From Mesotaenium endlicherianum (lineage: Eukaryota), in contig WELA01000805.1 of NCBI GenBank assembly GCA_009602735.1, positions 94,879-158,878 of the forward strand: 64,000 nucleotides of DNA. The letters run 5' to 3'. This document shows, one piece after another, positions 14,201 through 26,301 of this stretch; position 1 is the stretch's first letter, and each line of letters opens with the position of its first letter. Under the pieces are notes generated by a model, which searched no databases, was not told the DNA's origin, and saw only the letters and a program-made list of their open reading frames with translations. The position numbers were made by a program, and so were the translations under genes.

Positions 14201-16300
14201 ATCTGCATTCTCATTGCCAACAACATCCAGGCATGGCGCTGGCACTCGTTTTTCTTTTCTCCTCTTCCTTCTTCTGTTCCTTCCCCTCTCCTCCTCCTTG
14301 TGCCTCAGGAGCCTTTACCTTCTTTGTCTTTGTCTTCTTCTTCTCCTCTGTCTTCTTAATAATCTACCTCTTCTGCTTCTTCTCCTTTCTTTCCTTCTTC
14401 TCACTGCCCTCTTCTTCTCCTTCCACTCTTCCTTCTTGTGCCTCATGCTCTGTCCTCTCTTGCTTTCACGCGCTCCCTCTGTCAGCCTGCACTGTCTCGA
14501 GCACTCTCCAAGCCTGCATGAACAACAAGCAACGTGATACGAAGCCAACTGAGTGACTTACAAACTGGCACCACAGGGAGGAACAGACTGCTTGCGTGGC
14601 CCGCCCACTGGGCTGCATGTTTGTGTCTGCAACTGTGTGGGCCTGCTCACTGAGATGTTGCCACTTGGCGTGTATGCTGCGACTCCTAGTTGGTCCTTCC
14701 AGCCCCCAGACACGCAGGCCGCTCTCTTGATTTGGCCGAGGGCTCTCCGTCTCTCATTTTTGATATCACTTGCAGGCTGCCTGTCAAAAGCGAGTGAGTG
14801 TGAACAGAGTCGTAGAGGCTTGGAAATGCGGAGGCTTCAACTTACGGCCGAGTACGGGCGGAGGGGCGTTTTTTTTGCGGTGCCACTTGGTGCGTCGGGC
14901 TTTCCCCCCTGCGTGCTCTTTCGGAGTCTCGGAGGACGACACGACCCCTTAGCTCCATCTTTGTGAGGCCCTCTGACATTCTGAGGCTCTAAGAAGTCGC
15001 GGTGGGTTCTTTTACACGTACGTGTGTGTGTGTGTGTGCGCGCACGTGCGTGTGTGTGTGCACGCCTGCTTGCCCTCTGTGTGTCTGCTGCTCTGGGGTG
15101 TTTATTCTTGTTGGAGAGAGCAGGGGAGCATAGCGCATCGGCTGGAGCCGGAGCTGCTGCGGCGCCTGCGCTTCCTGCTCGAGTTCCGCACGCCCGACCA
15201 AGCCGTGCGCGCGCGCATGTGGCGCAAGCTCCTCCCTCTCAAGGTGGGTCTCGCTCCCGCTGCAGCTCCACCCAAGGCTCCCCCTCCTCCCTCTCCCGCT
15301 GCTTGCAGACTTCCGCAACCCTGCTCTGTGCAAGCGCACGCCGCGTCGGCCTCGCAGGCTGGCTGACAGGCTGACAGGCTTAGCGGCAGGCAGGCCGAGA
15401 AGAAGCATGTTCGTATCCCTTCCTTTGCGTGCCCTGGAGTCACGGAGCACGATTGCAACCTCACGTGTGTGGCGTGCGTTCATCAGCCCTTGTAGGCGTG
15501 CCATCTGTTGGGCGGCGTTTTGTGTCTAGAGGTGGACAGCGGTGCTGGCATGCTTGCGCGCCTTTTGGTCGGCGGCAGTCGCCTGGGCCCGTTGCGCTGC
15601 AGCTCTCAGATGGAGGGGGGCTGTGTGGGCGAGCGTGAGCTGCTTTGCTTGCTGCAGGTGCCGCTGGCGAGTGACGTCAACTTTGACGAGCTGGGGAAGC
15701 GCTTTGAGCTGACAAGTGGCGCCATCAGCGCGGCCACGTTGTGCGCCGCCGCTCAGGTGCGCCGCGCTCTTTCCGGCTGCCACGCCCCGGCTTCCGCTTC
15801 CGTGTCCCCCTCCTCCTCCTCCTCCTCCTCCTCCTCCTTGGTCGTGGCCTGTGCCCATGCAGCCCTCTCTCTCTGGTCGTTTTGAACATCACAGAAAGAA
15901 GCCCGAATTATTCTTTTCTGGCACATGTACAGCTGGGCTGAATTTGCCGCCCTTGCTTGCTGGCTTGCTTGCTTGCATGCACACGTGCCTGCTGCCCCGA
16001 GAGTGCACTTGCGAGGGTCAGGGATCAGGCTGGATCTTAGGTCCACACTTTTGGGGCAGGCCTGACCCCGAACTTAAGGCCCAGTGTGCCGCAGGCTGTG
16101 GCTTTCTGATTCTCACATATGTTGCTGCGTGTGCACTGTTGTTTGGTTCACCGGTTGATGGCTCAGTGATGGCCATCTCAGGGGAGTAGTGCTAAGAGGG
16201 TGCAGTCCATCCCTACTCGTGCTTGAACCATTTGCCTGCTACTCTTGTGTATACGTGTGTGTGTGTGTGTGTGTGCCTGTGTCTCTGTGGGTGTGTGTGT

Positions 16301-16354
<54 letters not shown>

Positions 16355-16510
16355 TTGTGTTTGTGTGTGTGTGCGTATGCGTGACAGGCTGCTCTTCGAG
16401 GAGACGATGATCAGCGCGTCAAGCAGAAAGACTTGATCGACGCGGCTGAAGCGGAGCGAGACAGAGTGCGTGACGACATTGATGATGTCATCATGCGCTC
16501 GTTTGTGTAG
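1..16510 (+). CDS. Multi-exon tandem AAA+ ATPase (N-terminal winged-helix-like region plus two AAA modules); 5' end lies upstream of the window
   Basis: Phase-consistent exons: <1-232, 1970-2030, 3534-3619, 4107-4151, 4533-4602, 5369-5502, 6642-6846, 8235-8392, 9114-9238, 10437-10550, 11418-11559, 12625-12867, 13304-13423, 14084-14230 (GC donor), 15124-15243, 15658-15756, 16388-16510 (TAG). AAA-1: Walker A GASGTGKT, Walker B IIFFDE, sensor-1 ATN, Arg finger AMHRRI. AAA-2: [21 protein letters not shown]. An extra exon may lie in the N gap 1495-1814. Confidence 0.9.
2997..3075. repeat. (CA)n microsatellite in AAA intron
   Basis: Long perfect CA run visible directly. Confidence 0.95.
6822..7950 (+). 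repeat. Degenerate minisatellite (~12 copies, ~60-190 bp spacing) built from the exon 3' end and donor junction
   Basis: Recurring tagggtttt-gacgcgctcgcgcaccacctcg-gtgagcgcg variants starting near 6881, 7002, 7076, 7152, 7223, 7412, 7497, 7597, 7674, 7763, 7833 and 7913. Confidence 0.75.
11123..11270. repeat. (TG)n/(CG)n microsatellite in AAA intron
   Basis: Direct read of the sequence. Confidence 0.95.
16255..16380. repeat. (TG)n microsatellite abutting the last acceptor site of the AAA gene
   Basis: Direct read of the sequence. Confidence 0.95.
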
Positions 16511-18483
16511 GGCCGCGTACTGCTCATTGCTGTTGGCTACTGCTTTATATGGGGGCCATTCCAGCGTGCAGGTTACAAAGAAGTAGTGCTGAGGGTTACG
16601 TATTAATATTGATTAAGCCACCTGCAGCATGCAAATGCTGCAATAGAGAAACAAACGTCCACAGGGCCTTGTTTGATTGGAACGCACTCACATGCAGTTG
16701 ATGCCAAGCTCTTCAAAAGATGTGAAGAAGGAAGTCAACCGCTTGGTGCCTGTAACAATGTCGATGGTCAGGCTGTCTACCATGCAGATACATGAGAGCG
16801 TGCCTTTGGGGAAAGCTCAACTTCATGTCTGCTTGGGCTATTATGTGGTAATTCTTGTACGTATTGTGCTAAAACTTGAAGCTTATTCCACTATGCATGT
16901 GGCCCATATACATGTTTCTGCCTCGCTGTCCGTGATGCAAGGGATATGCAGGGGACAAGAGCAATGGGTCCAGGCCACCAGCCAGACACATTTGTCTGTA
17001 TGACTAGTATGTGAGTCTTTCTTCTGATTTGTGTACACCTGCCAAGTTTTCTCAAAGCTGAGGCATCTCACAGGTCATTCCCTGAACGTGGGAGTCCAGC
17101 AGAGCATGCGCAGCACTAATTCATGGTTTCGACCAGGCTGCGCGTTGAGACTGTGTTGAGCGGAAAGGTCCAGCAGGTTAGTCAGTTTGAACTTCGATGA
17201 ACTTGTGCAGGTAACTTGTGTACGTGACCTTGTTGTCGGAGGTGCAAAATGCGACATTGCTTGCCACTGTGGACCACGAATTTGATTAGTCGAGATATTA
17301 TTGTATGTGGGCTTATGTCATATGATGAACATACACACCAAGCGCTTACAGCGCATGCATGCTAGATGTTGGTAGGCGTGTGCCACTTATTGAAAGCAGC
17401 TAGCACCCTGCCTGCATGCAGATTGAGGACAGTGATCATGAGCTACCCTGACAGGCTGCTTATAACAGAAGCTTACGTTGTGCAGGTCGATGCCAAAGTA
17501 TGCATTTGCATTTGCCAAACAGTCAGCGTGTCTTGCCTGGCACAGCTCATGAGGGTCAGAAGGGACGCGCCTGATGATCTTCTGGCCTCTTCTGGATGGC
17601 AACATTTCAAAGGTTCAGGCACAGGAATCAAGGTCCTTGACTACCCCCACCCTTGATGCACCTCATTGTCGAGGGGCTTGTGTGTACAGCCGCCACTTAC
17701 TTCTCCGAGGGGGGCACAGAAGTGAATTTCATCCCTTTTTTTGAGTCAGGAAAAGGCCCGCAATGAGCAACCAGGAAAGACTCTTGCGTATCATCTATTA
17801 TCAGTAAGTGCTGTTAAGCTTCTCAGCTATGTCCTGACACTTGAGGGACAACCAAAACGTTAACGAGGGTAAAAAAGCTACTTACTAGATGACCTGGAAT
17901 GTACAATAATCGCTTCTAGCACTGAGCTACGTGCTGATGCTTCAACCTGAAACCTTGGAGCACTTATTTCAATGCTTATAGCAAAATATGAATGACTATA
18001 AACACAAATTGGGGGCGGGGGGCGGGGAGGGAGGGGGGCTACGAAGCTACCAAGCCCTCTAAGTAGGAGATAAAATTTGAGGGGATAGAAATGTGGACCG
18101 AGCTAACATACAGGGCAACGCGCAACCACACGTCTGCGCCACAACACGTGCACCAAGCGTACGTGTGAGCAATGCGCGCACAAGAATCGCCCGCACACGC
18201 GTGCCCACTCTCGGCACCGAGACACCGAGCTCCAGGCTACATCCAGCCCAAGCCGTGCTACATCCACCAGTCGGCCGGTGCAACCAGCCAGCTGGAGCCA
18301 CACAACCGGTTGTCGTCGGGCTGCATCAGCCAGCCAGTGCCAATGGCACGGCCCAAATCACTGGTCGTCTCTCGAGCTCCATTGCACCACCAGCCCACAC
18401 CAGCCCGGCCCGTCGTGCCACTAAACCGGCCGGCCGGTGCGGCTGGCTTGGCCGGGGCAATCAGGTAGCCGGCGGCACGCCTC

Positions 18484-21400
18484 TCACATCGCGGGGACTG
18501 CGCGCTGCACCTTGCTGAGGAGAACCGCCTCCAGGTCCTTGGGCTTCACGGGCTTCATGAGGAACAGGTCCATGCCGGCCTGGATGCAGCTGTCCTGCTC
18601 GTGGCTCAGCGCGCTGGCGGTGAGCGCCACAATGAGTGCCTGCGGCCGGTCGGGGAAGCGGCGCTCGTGCGCGCGTATCCGCCGCGTCGCCTCCAGCCCG
18701 TCCATCTCGGGCATGTGGCAGTCCTGCGCGAGGGGGGAAACCCGCCGCAGACAGAGAGGTACCATTAGCAAGGGAATGGACTGAGTAAAACACGGCAGAA
18801 GAGGGCACGGCATAGAAAAGAACCGGGTACTACTGCTACACATGCGTACGCACGTGTCTACGAGTACACATACATGCGCAGCGTTTGGCAGCCAAAATAA
18901 CAAACACCAGATCCATCGATTCAACTTATATCCACTCTTCGGCCCCTACATCGCCAGCATGGCAGTGGGGAGGGAGACTTCACAACAACCACCATGCTCA
19001 CACTGGTCCTCTGCATCCCAGTCACTGAAACCATCAGACCTTGAGTGGACAACAACAGCAAGACCAAGATCGAAAGAAAGGCAACTGAATGACAGCCGGG
19101 ACGCTGTCCAAAGCAGAACGGACAAGAACACGCGAGGCGGCAACGACAAGCTGACAGATAGCGCAGGCAGTGGCAACGGCAGCCGATGGGCGGCAAGTGG
19201 GGGGCCGCTGCACCAGGGCTGCAACTATTTGGCACACAGCGGCAATGGCAACGACGGCGGCGACGGCGGCGGCGCGCGTACCATGAGCACGAGGTCGTAC
19301 TGGCGCTCGCTGCACGCGCGCACCGCCTGCACGCCGTTCACCACCAGGTCGTACTTGGCGCCCAGGAAGCTGAGCATGCGCGTCACCACCACCTGGTTCA
19401 CCTGGTTGTCCTCCACCACCAGCACCTTCAGCTCCTTCACGCGCTCCTGCAGCGCCGCATGCCCCGCAGGCCCCCCCCCTGCGGTCCCCTCGCCGGCACC
19501 GGCGCCGAGCGCGTGGAGGCCGCCGCAGAGCGCAGGCGGCGGCACGCTGTCGTGGCGCTCGCCCACGCCCAGGCAGGCGGTGAAGTGGAAGGTGGAGCCC
19601 TGCCCTGGCTGGCTGCTCACGCCGATGCTGCCGCCCATGAGCTCCACCAGCGACTTGGAGATGGCCAGCCCCAGCCCCGTGCCTGCCAGTACGCGCGCGC
19701 GCCGCGAGAGGAGGGAGGGAAAGGCGAGGGGGAGAGGGGGCCACAGGGCGAGAGAAAAGGGAGAGGGAGAGAGAGAGGGCGAGTGAGAGAGAGAGAGAGG
19801 GCGAGTGAGAGAGAAAGAGAGGGCGAGTGGGGGGCGGATGAGCAACGGAAAGCGAGCAAGCCGAGGAAATGACCACGAGTTGCCACTGCCAGCCGATTCT
19901 ACCTCTCCCGTGCGTCCGTGTGGCAGCAAGGCGCAATCTGCCAAAAGGGAGGGATGCCCCTCTCTGCGGAGTGGCGAGTAAGAAGGAGGGTGTCACAAGC
20001 TCCTCCCCCTGTCAGCGCAACTGGCTCCAGAATGTGCACAACACATAGCCAGGCCCGAGGGAAGGAGGCTTTTTGAGGCTGCCTGCTCGCGCCACGCGCT
20101 GTGGGCTGCACATTGCAGACTGGGCCGGTGGTGCCCAGAGGCCACGTGAGCAAGCGGTGGCACTTCGCTGACAGCAGTGTCGTCGTTCGTTTCTCTAATG
20201 GGCTGTGCGAAACAGCGTGGGTGTGTCTGCCATGCACGCCGAGACACTGAGCACTCACAATCTCCTGGTTCTTTTTCCTAACTTGCAGGACAGAGGGAGA
20301 GAAAAGGGGGGGGGAGGGGGGAAAGTGGAGGCACACATGCACGCAGATGTCACGCACAATGCATAGGCACAGTGGCAGCGCCCCTGTCTCACCTCCAAAG
20401 CGGCGGCCGATGGAGGAGTCGGCCTGCGTGAAGGGCTGGAACAGGTGCGCCTTCACGCTGTCGTCCATGCCCAGCCCCGTGTCGCGCACCTCAAAGCACA
20501 GCACCGTCTCCTGCTTGCTCCGCGCGGGGGTCCCCTTGCTCGTCGCGGGGGCGTCTCGGAGCTCCACCTGGCTGATCGTCACATCGACTTGGCCCCTGTA
20601 TCCAACAACGATGAAAGAGAGAGGAAGCGATAAGAAAGTGAATCAGGGGGGGGGNNNNNNNNNNNNNNNNNNNNNNNNNNNNNNNNNNNNNNNNNNNNNN
20701 NNNNNNNNNNNNNNNNNNNNNNNNNNNNNNNNNNNNNNNNNNNNNNNNNNNNNNNNNNNNNNNNNNNNNNNNNNNNNNNNNNNNNNNNNNNNNNNNNNNN
20801 NNNNNNNNNNNNNNNNNNNNNNNNNNNNNNNNNNNNNNNNNNNNNNNNNNNNNNNNNNNNNNNNNNNNNNNNNNNNNNNNNNNNNNNNNNNNNNNNNNNN
20901 NNNNNNNNNNNNNNNNNNNNNNNNNNNNNNNNNNNNNNNNNNNNNNNNNNNNNNNNNNNNNNNNNNNNNNNNNNNNNNNNNNNNNNNNNNNNNNNNNNNN
21001 NNNNNNAGGGGGGGGGTTTTGGGGGGGAGGCAGCAAGATCAAAAGGCAGCCTCTTTAAAGGCGAGCGGGCGGCCAGCAATGGGCGAGGAGCCGGACAGGT
21101 GGCAAGCCGGCCAGCCTGCAGGTAGCGGACAGGGGGGCCAAGAGGAGAGCTCTCTTGAGAACAGCTGCCCCCTGCACCTGAGCATTGGCGATCTCGTCAA
21201 CTGCAGAGCCAACGCGGAGGTGGAAGGGGCAACAGGGGAGGAAGCAGATGAGAGGAAGTGCCAACAGTGCAAGACAGCACAGGCAGAGATGGGATGCAAA
21301 GTCGTCCGGGAGTGGGAGAGTAACGACTCACAGGCTCTGGCCACTACCAGCTCTGCCCAACAGCAGTAGCAGCTCTTACTGACGGCAGGGGGCAGGAGGC

Positions 21401-24400
21401 CGGGCAGGACGAGGCTGGCTTCAACAGCAAAAGCTCGGACTTAGGGTTAGGGCTTAAAAACATCGTAGAGGGCAGCTTATCATTCTGGTCTGCTGGGTAG
21501 GGGCGAGGTGGGGAAGGGGGGAGAAGCCGGGGGGCAGAGAGGGAGAGAGGCTCGGGGCGGGGCGGGGCGGGGCGGGGCGGTGGTAGCAATGGAGTGCCAC
21601 TCACTCGGACGTGAACTTGATGGCGTTGGAGACGAGGTTGAGCAGCACCTGGCGCAGGCGCACGGGGTCCCCCGCGACGAACTGCGGCACGCTGGGCGCC
21701 ACGTGGCAGCGCAGCGCGAGGCCCTTCTCCTTGGCCACGACGGCGAGCAGCGCCACCGCCTCGTGCGCGTGCGCGCGCACGTCAAACGACACGCACTCCA
21801 GCTGCAGGTTGCTCGACTCGATCTTGCTGAGGTCGAGCACGTCGGAGATGATGCGCAGCAGGCTGTCGCCCGACGAGCGGATGATCTCCAGGTACGACCG
21901 CTGCTCCGCCGTCAGCTCCGTCTCCATCAGCAGCTCCGCCACCCCAATCACACCTGGCCGGGGCGGGGGCAGCGACAGCAGCGGCGGCGCCAACAGCAGC
22001 AGCAGGGGCGGTGGGGGGGGGGGGCAGAGGCGACGGCAGCACAGCAGCAGCAGCAGCAGCAGCACGTCAGCTCACGCCGTCAAGAACAGAACAGCTCAGC
22101 CCAGCCCAGGGCGCGTCAAACCGTCCCCATCCCTGGGCAGGAACCCGCAGCTGAGCTTACCCAACGGGGTCAGAGTACGCGTCTGATAGGTATGCAAGCA
22201 GGCAGGCAGGCAGGCAGGCAGGCTGACAGATGACAGCAGACAAGACTGGAAAAACAGAAGAGCAGAAAGGGAGACGGGCCACTGCATGCTGACGATGGTG
22301 GCGAGTGCGAGGAGAGAATCATGAGCACTAGCATGGCAAGAGCTCGTTTCCCGTGCACGTCCCCCCCCCNCCGTTCATAGGCGTGCGGATCTCGTGGCTC
22401 ATGTGCGCCAGGAACTCGCTCTTGGCGCGGTTGGCGGCCTCCGCCGCCGCCGTGGCCTCGCGCTGCGCAGCCTCCTGGCGCCGGGTCTTGGTGAGGTCGT
22501 GCCACACGGCCATGCTCACCTGCTGCCCCGTGAGCGCCACCTGGCTTATCTGCACCTCCACAGGCAGCGGCGCCCCATGCCAGTCCTGGTGCATCCACTC
22601 GAAGCGGTGGAAGCCGTGCTCGCGCGCAATACGCGCATGCTCCAGCGCCAGCTCCGACGTCACGCGCCCGTCCGGCTGCACGGGCGGCGAGATGCGCTGG
22701 ATGGTGACCTGAATGTCGCCGCCCACAAAGAGCTCCTTGGCAGGGCAGCGCAGCACCTGCAGCAGCGCCTCGTTGCAGTCCAGAATGTGCTTCTCGTTGT
22801 ACATGATGAACGGGCTCTGCACCACCCAGGAGCGCGCGTGTCGTCAGCCCAACGTCACTCGTCCTGGCCAAGCGGCGGTGGCGGCCAAGCAGCAGAGGGC
22901 AAGCAGCAGCGGCCACGCAGCAGTACGAGCAGGAGCAGGAGCAGGATGTGCGCACGAGCGTGCACGTGGGTGCACACGGCAGAGGCGTCAGGAACTACAG
23001 CGCCGTGTATGGAGCTTGCGTGCCTCACGGTGCTTTTGGAGGAAAGAGGAGGAGGAGAGCATTGCCGGGGTCAGGCGCGGAAGGCCCTGCTGCCAAAGGA
23101 GGCGGGGCAGGGCTTGGAGGAGGCGCCACATCATAAGGCACCAGCTAGAGCATGAAGAGGGGGAGGAGGGNNNNNNNNNNNNNNNNNNNNNNNNNNNNNN
23201 NNNNNNNNNNNNNNNNNNNNNNNNNNNNNNNNNNNNNNNNNNNNNNNNNNNNNNNNNNNNNNNNNNNNNNNNNNNNNNNNNNNNNNNNNNNNNNNNNNNN
23301 NNNNNNNNNNNNNNNNNNNNNNNNNNNNNNNNNNNNNNNNNNNNNNNNNNNNNNNNNNNNNNNNNNNNNNNNNNNNNNNNNNNNNNNNNNNNNNNNNNNN
23401 NNNNNNNNNNNNNNNNNNNNNNNNNNNNNNNNNNNNNNNNNNNNNNNNNNNNNNNNNNNNNNNNNNNNNNNNNNNNNNNNNNNNNNNNNNNNNNNNNNNN
23501 NNNNNNNNNNNNNNNNNNNNNNNNNNNNNNNNNNNNNNNNNNNNNNNNNNNNNNNNNNNNNNNNNNNNNNNNNNNNNNNNNNNNNNNNNNNNNNNNNNNN
23601 NNNNNNNNNNNNNNNNNNNNNNNNNNNNNNNNNNNNNNNNNNNNNNNNNNNNNNNNNNNNNNNNNNNNNNNNNNNNNNNNNNNNNNNNNNNNNNNNNNNN
23701 NNNNNNNNNNNNNNNNNNNNNNNNNNNNNNNNNNNNNNNNNNNNNNNNNNNNNNNNNNNNNNNNNNNNNNNNNNNNNNNNNNNNNNNNNNNNNNNNNNNN
23801 NNNNNNNNNNNNNNNNNNNNNNNNNNNNNNNNNNNNNNNNNNNNNNNNNNNNNNNNNNNNNNNNNNNNNNNNNNNNNNNNNNNNNNNNNNNNNNNNNNNN
23901 NNNNNNNNNNNNNNNNNNNNNNNNNNNNNNNNNNNNNNNNNNNNNNNNNNNNNNNNNNNNNNNNNNNNNNNNNNNNNNNNNNNNNNNNNNNNNNNNNNNN
24001 NNNNNNNNNNNNNNNNNNNNNNNNNNNNNNNNNNNNNNNNNNNNNNNNNNNNNNNNNNNNNNNNNNNNNNNNGGGGGGGAAGGGGGAGGGGTAGGTGGTG
24101 TATGGGTGAGCGGGAGGGGGAGAGGGAGAAGGAGGTGGGGAGAGAGAGCGAGGGAACGAGGGAGGGCAGGAGCTGACCTCTCCCAGGGGACCGAACGAGC
24201 CCAACATTTCAAACAGCAGCGCCTGCCCGTCCCTGTGCTGGACACGTGTCAGCATCGTGCAAGCCTTGCCCGCCCGCCTGTGCGCCAGGTACTCCTCCAT
24301 GGCGGGCTGCCACCTGTCCGGGAGGAGCGTGCGGAACAACGCCTCCATGCTCGCCATCTGGCCGCGGGGATAACCGCACAGCACCTCCATGGGGGCGTTG

Positions 24401-25255
24401 ACGATCAAATGCTCTTCAGGCACGCTCGCGCCGGCGTCGCCTGCCTCAGCTGCTGCTCCTGAGCTGGCGGCGGCGGCGGCATCTGCTGGACTGGCGGCAG
24501 CGGAACCCGCTGAGCTGGCGGAAACGGGGACCAGCACAGCGGCGACCGGCAGGCTCTCCACGAGGCTTTGGAGGTACGCCGTCGCATGCTCCAGGGATTC
24601 CTGCTAGGTGGCACGCAGGCGGAGAGCACGACGACACGTGCGGCAGCGATGGAAAGGGACATCGACAAGGCCCTGATCAGGTCTCCCGCAGAGCGGCGGC
24701 GGCGTGAGCCGGCAAGCGCGACGGGTGAGATGTCTGTCGCATTGTGTCGCTCTGTTGCTCAAAGCAAAGTGTGGCACTTGCCACTCACCAGGGCTCTGAC
24801 CCCAGCTGGAGACGGCATACACTGCGCGGGCGTGCCAGCGGCCGTGTCTGGAGACGCAGCAGGCAGGAGGCAGCGGGCAGTGCAGTTGCTTGGAAAGAAA
24901 CGCGCATGGGAGGCTGAAACCACCACAGCTCTCTTTCATATCATTGAAAACACAACACAGAGTCACTGTGTATACAACCAGACAGAGAGAGAGCAAGGGA
25001 GAGGCGGCTAAGAGAGGGGAGAGAAGGGGTGGAAGGGGGGNNNNNNNNNNNNNNNNNNNNNNNNNNNNNNNNNNNNNNNNNNNNNNNNNNNNNNNNNNNN
25101 NAGGGGGGGGGAGGAAAGAGAGAGGGGGGGGTGGCAGAGCACTCTCAGCCAAAGGGAGGGAGGGGGCTAGGAAGGCAGGAAAGCAGGAGGAAGGGCACCT
25201 GCGGGAGGGGAGCAGCAGCTGCCCCAAGAATAAAGTCAGGGCCGGCAACAAAACA

Positions 25256-25292
<37 letters not shown>

Positions 25293-26024
25293 GCGCGAGC
25301 CTGCAGGCTGTCACGTCGACAAGCAAGCACGTCACCACCCTGGCGGCGTCAGCCCCGGGAGCAGGTCCTACTGGGCACGTCCCCTCCCCCTCCCCTTCCC
25401 GGGTGCTGGCTGTGCTCGGCAGCAGGTGGGCCTGCACCCACACACGCCGCCCGTCCTTGTGCCGCAGCTGCAGCTCATGGCGGGCAACTTCTGGCGCCGG
25501 CTCGCGCCGCCACCTGTCCACGGCAGCCTGCACGCGACAAGGGAGAGGGAGGGAGGAGGGTCAGAGCAGGGCGGGCTAGCCCAGGAAGGGGAAACATGCT
25601 TTCACGAGGGCACGCAGGGACTCCCCGCCTCATAGTCTTAGTCAGAGTTCCTCTTTACACTTGCAGCATGCAGCCTGCAGCCGGATCGGCGTGCATCTGC
25701 TGCACCTGCCGTGTCATGCGGATGACTTTGTGCTTCGCCTCGTCAGCGTCGCTGCCTGGCGTCTTCATAGGAGGCACTGTTCCCACATGTGAGGGGCAGG
25801 CGAGCCAGGATAAGGAGGCACTGCGGTGGCCTGAAGCTTGATTCTCGTCGTCTGCGGCCGACGTTCGGACACACTTGGCCTCACAGCCCACCACAAAGCT
25901 GAGCTGATAGTGAAGCTCTGTAGATGGGCACCCTTTGGCTTCACGCTCCGCCGTAAGGAGTCAAAACACACAGAGGCTGACACTCTTGGAGGCAGTAAGG
26001 CCGTGTACTTGTGTGTGTGTGTGT

Positions 26025-26108
<84 letters not shown>

Positions 26109-26245
26109 GCGTGCATGTGCGTGTGCATGTGTGCGTGCATGCATGCGTGTGTGTGTGTGTATGTGTGTGTGTGTGTGTGTGTGTGTATGTATATGCGTGC
26201 ATGTGCGTGTGCATGTGTGCTTGTGTGCGTGTGTGCGTGCATGCA

Positions 26246-26301
<56 letters not shown>

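Noticed and set aside
23131..24245. Long ORFs spanning N runs (also 1242-2252, 8934-10043, 20347-21369)
   Set aside because: They are open only because Ns translate as X.
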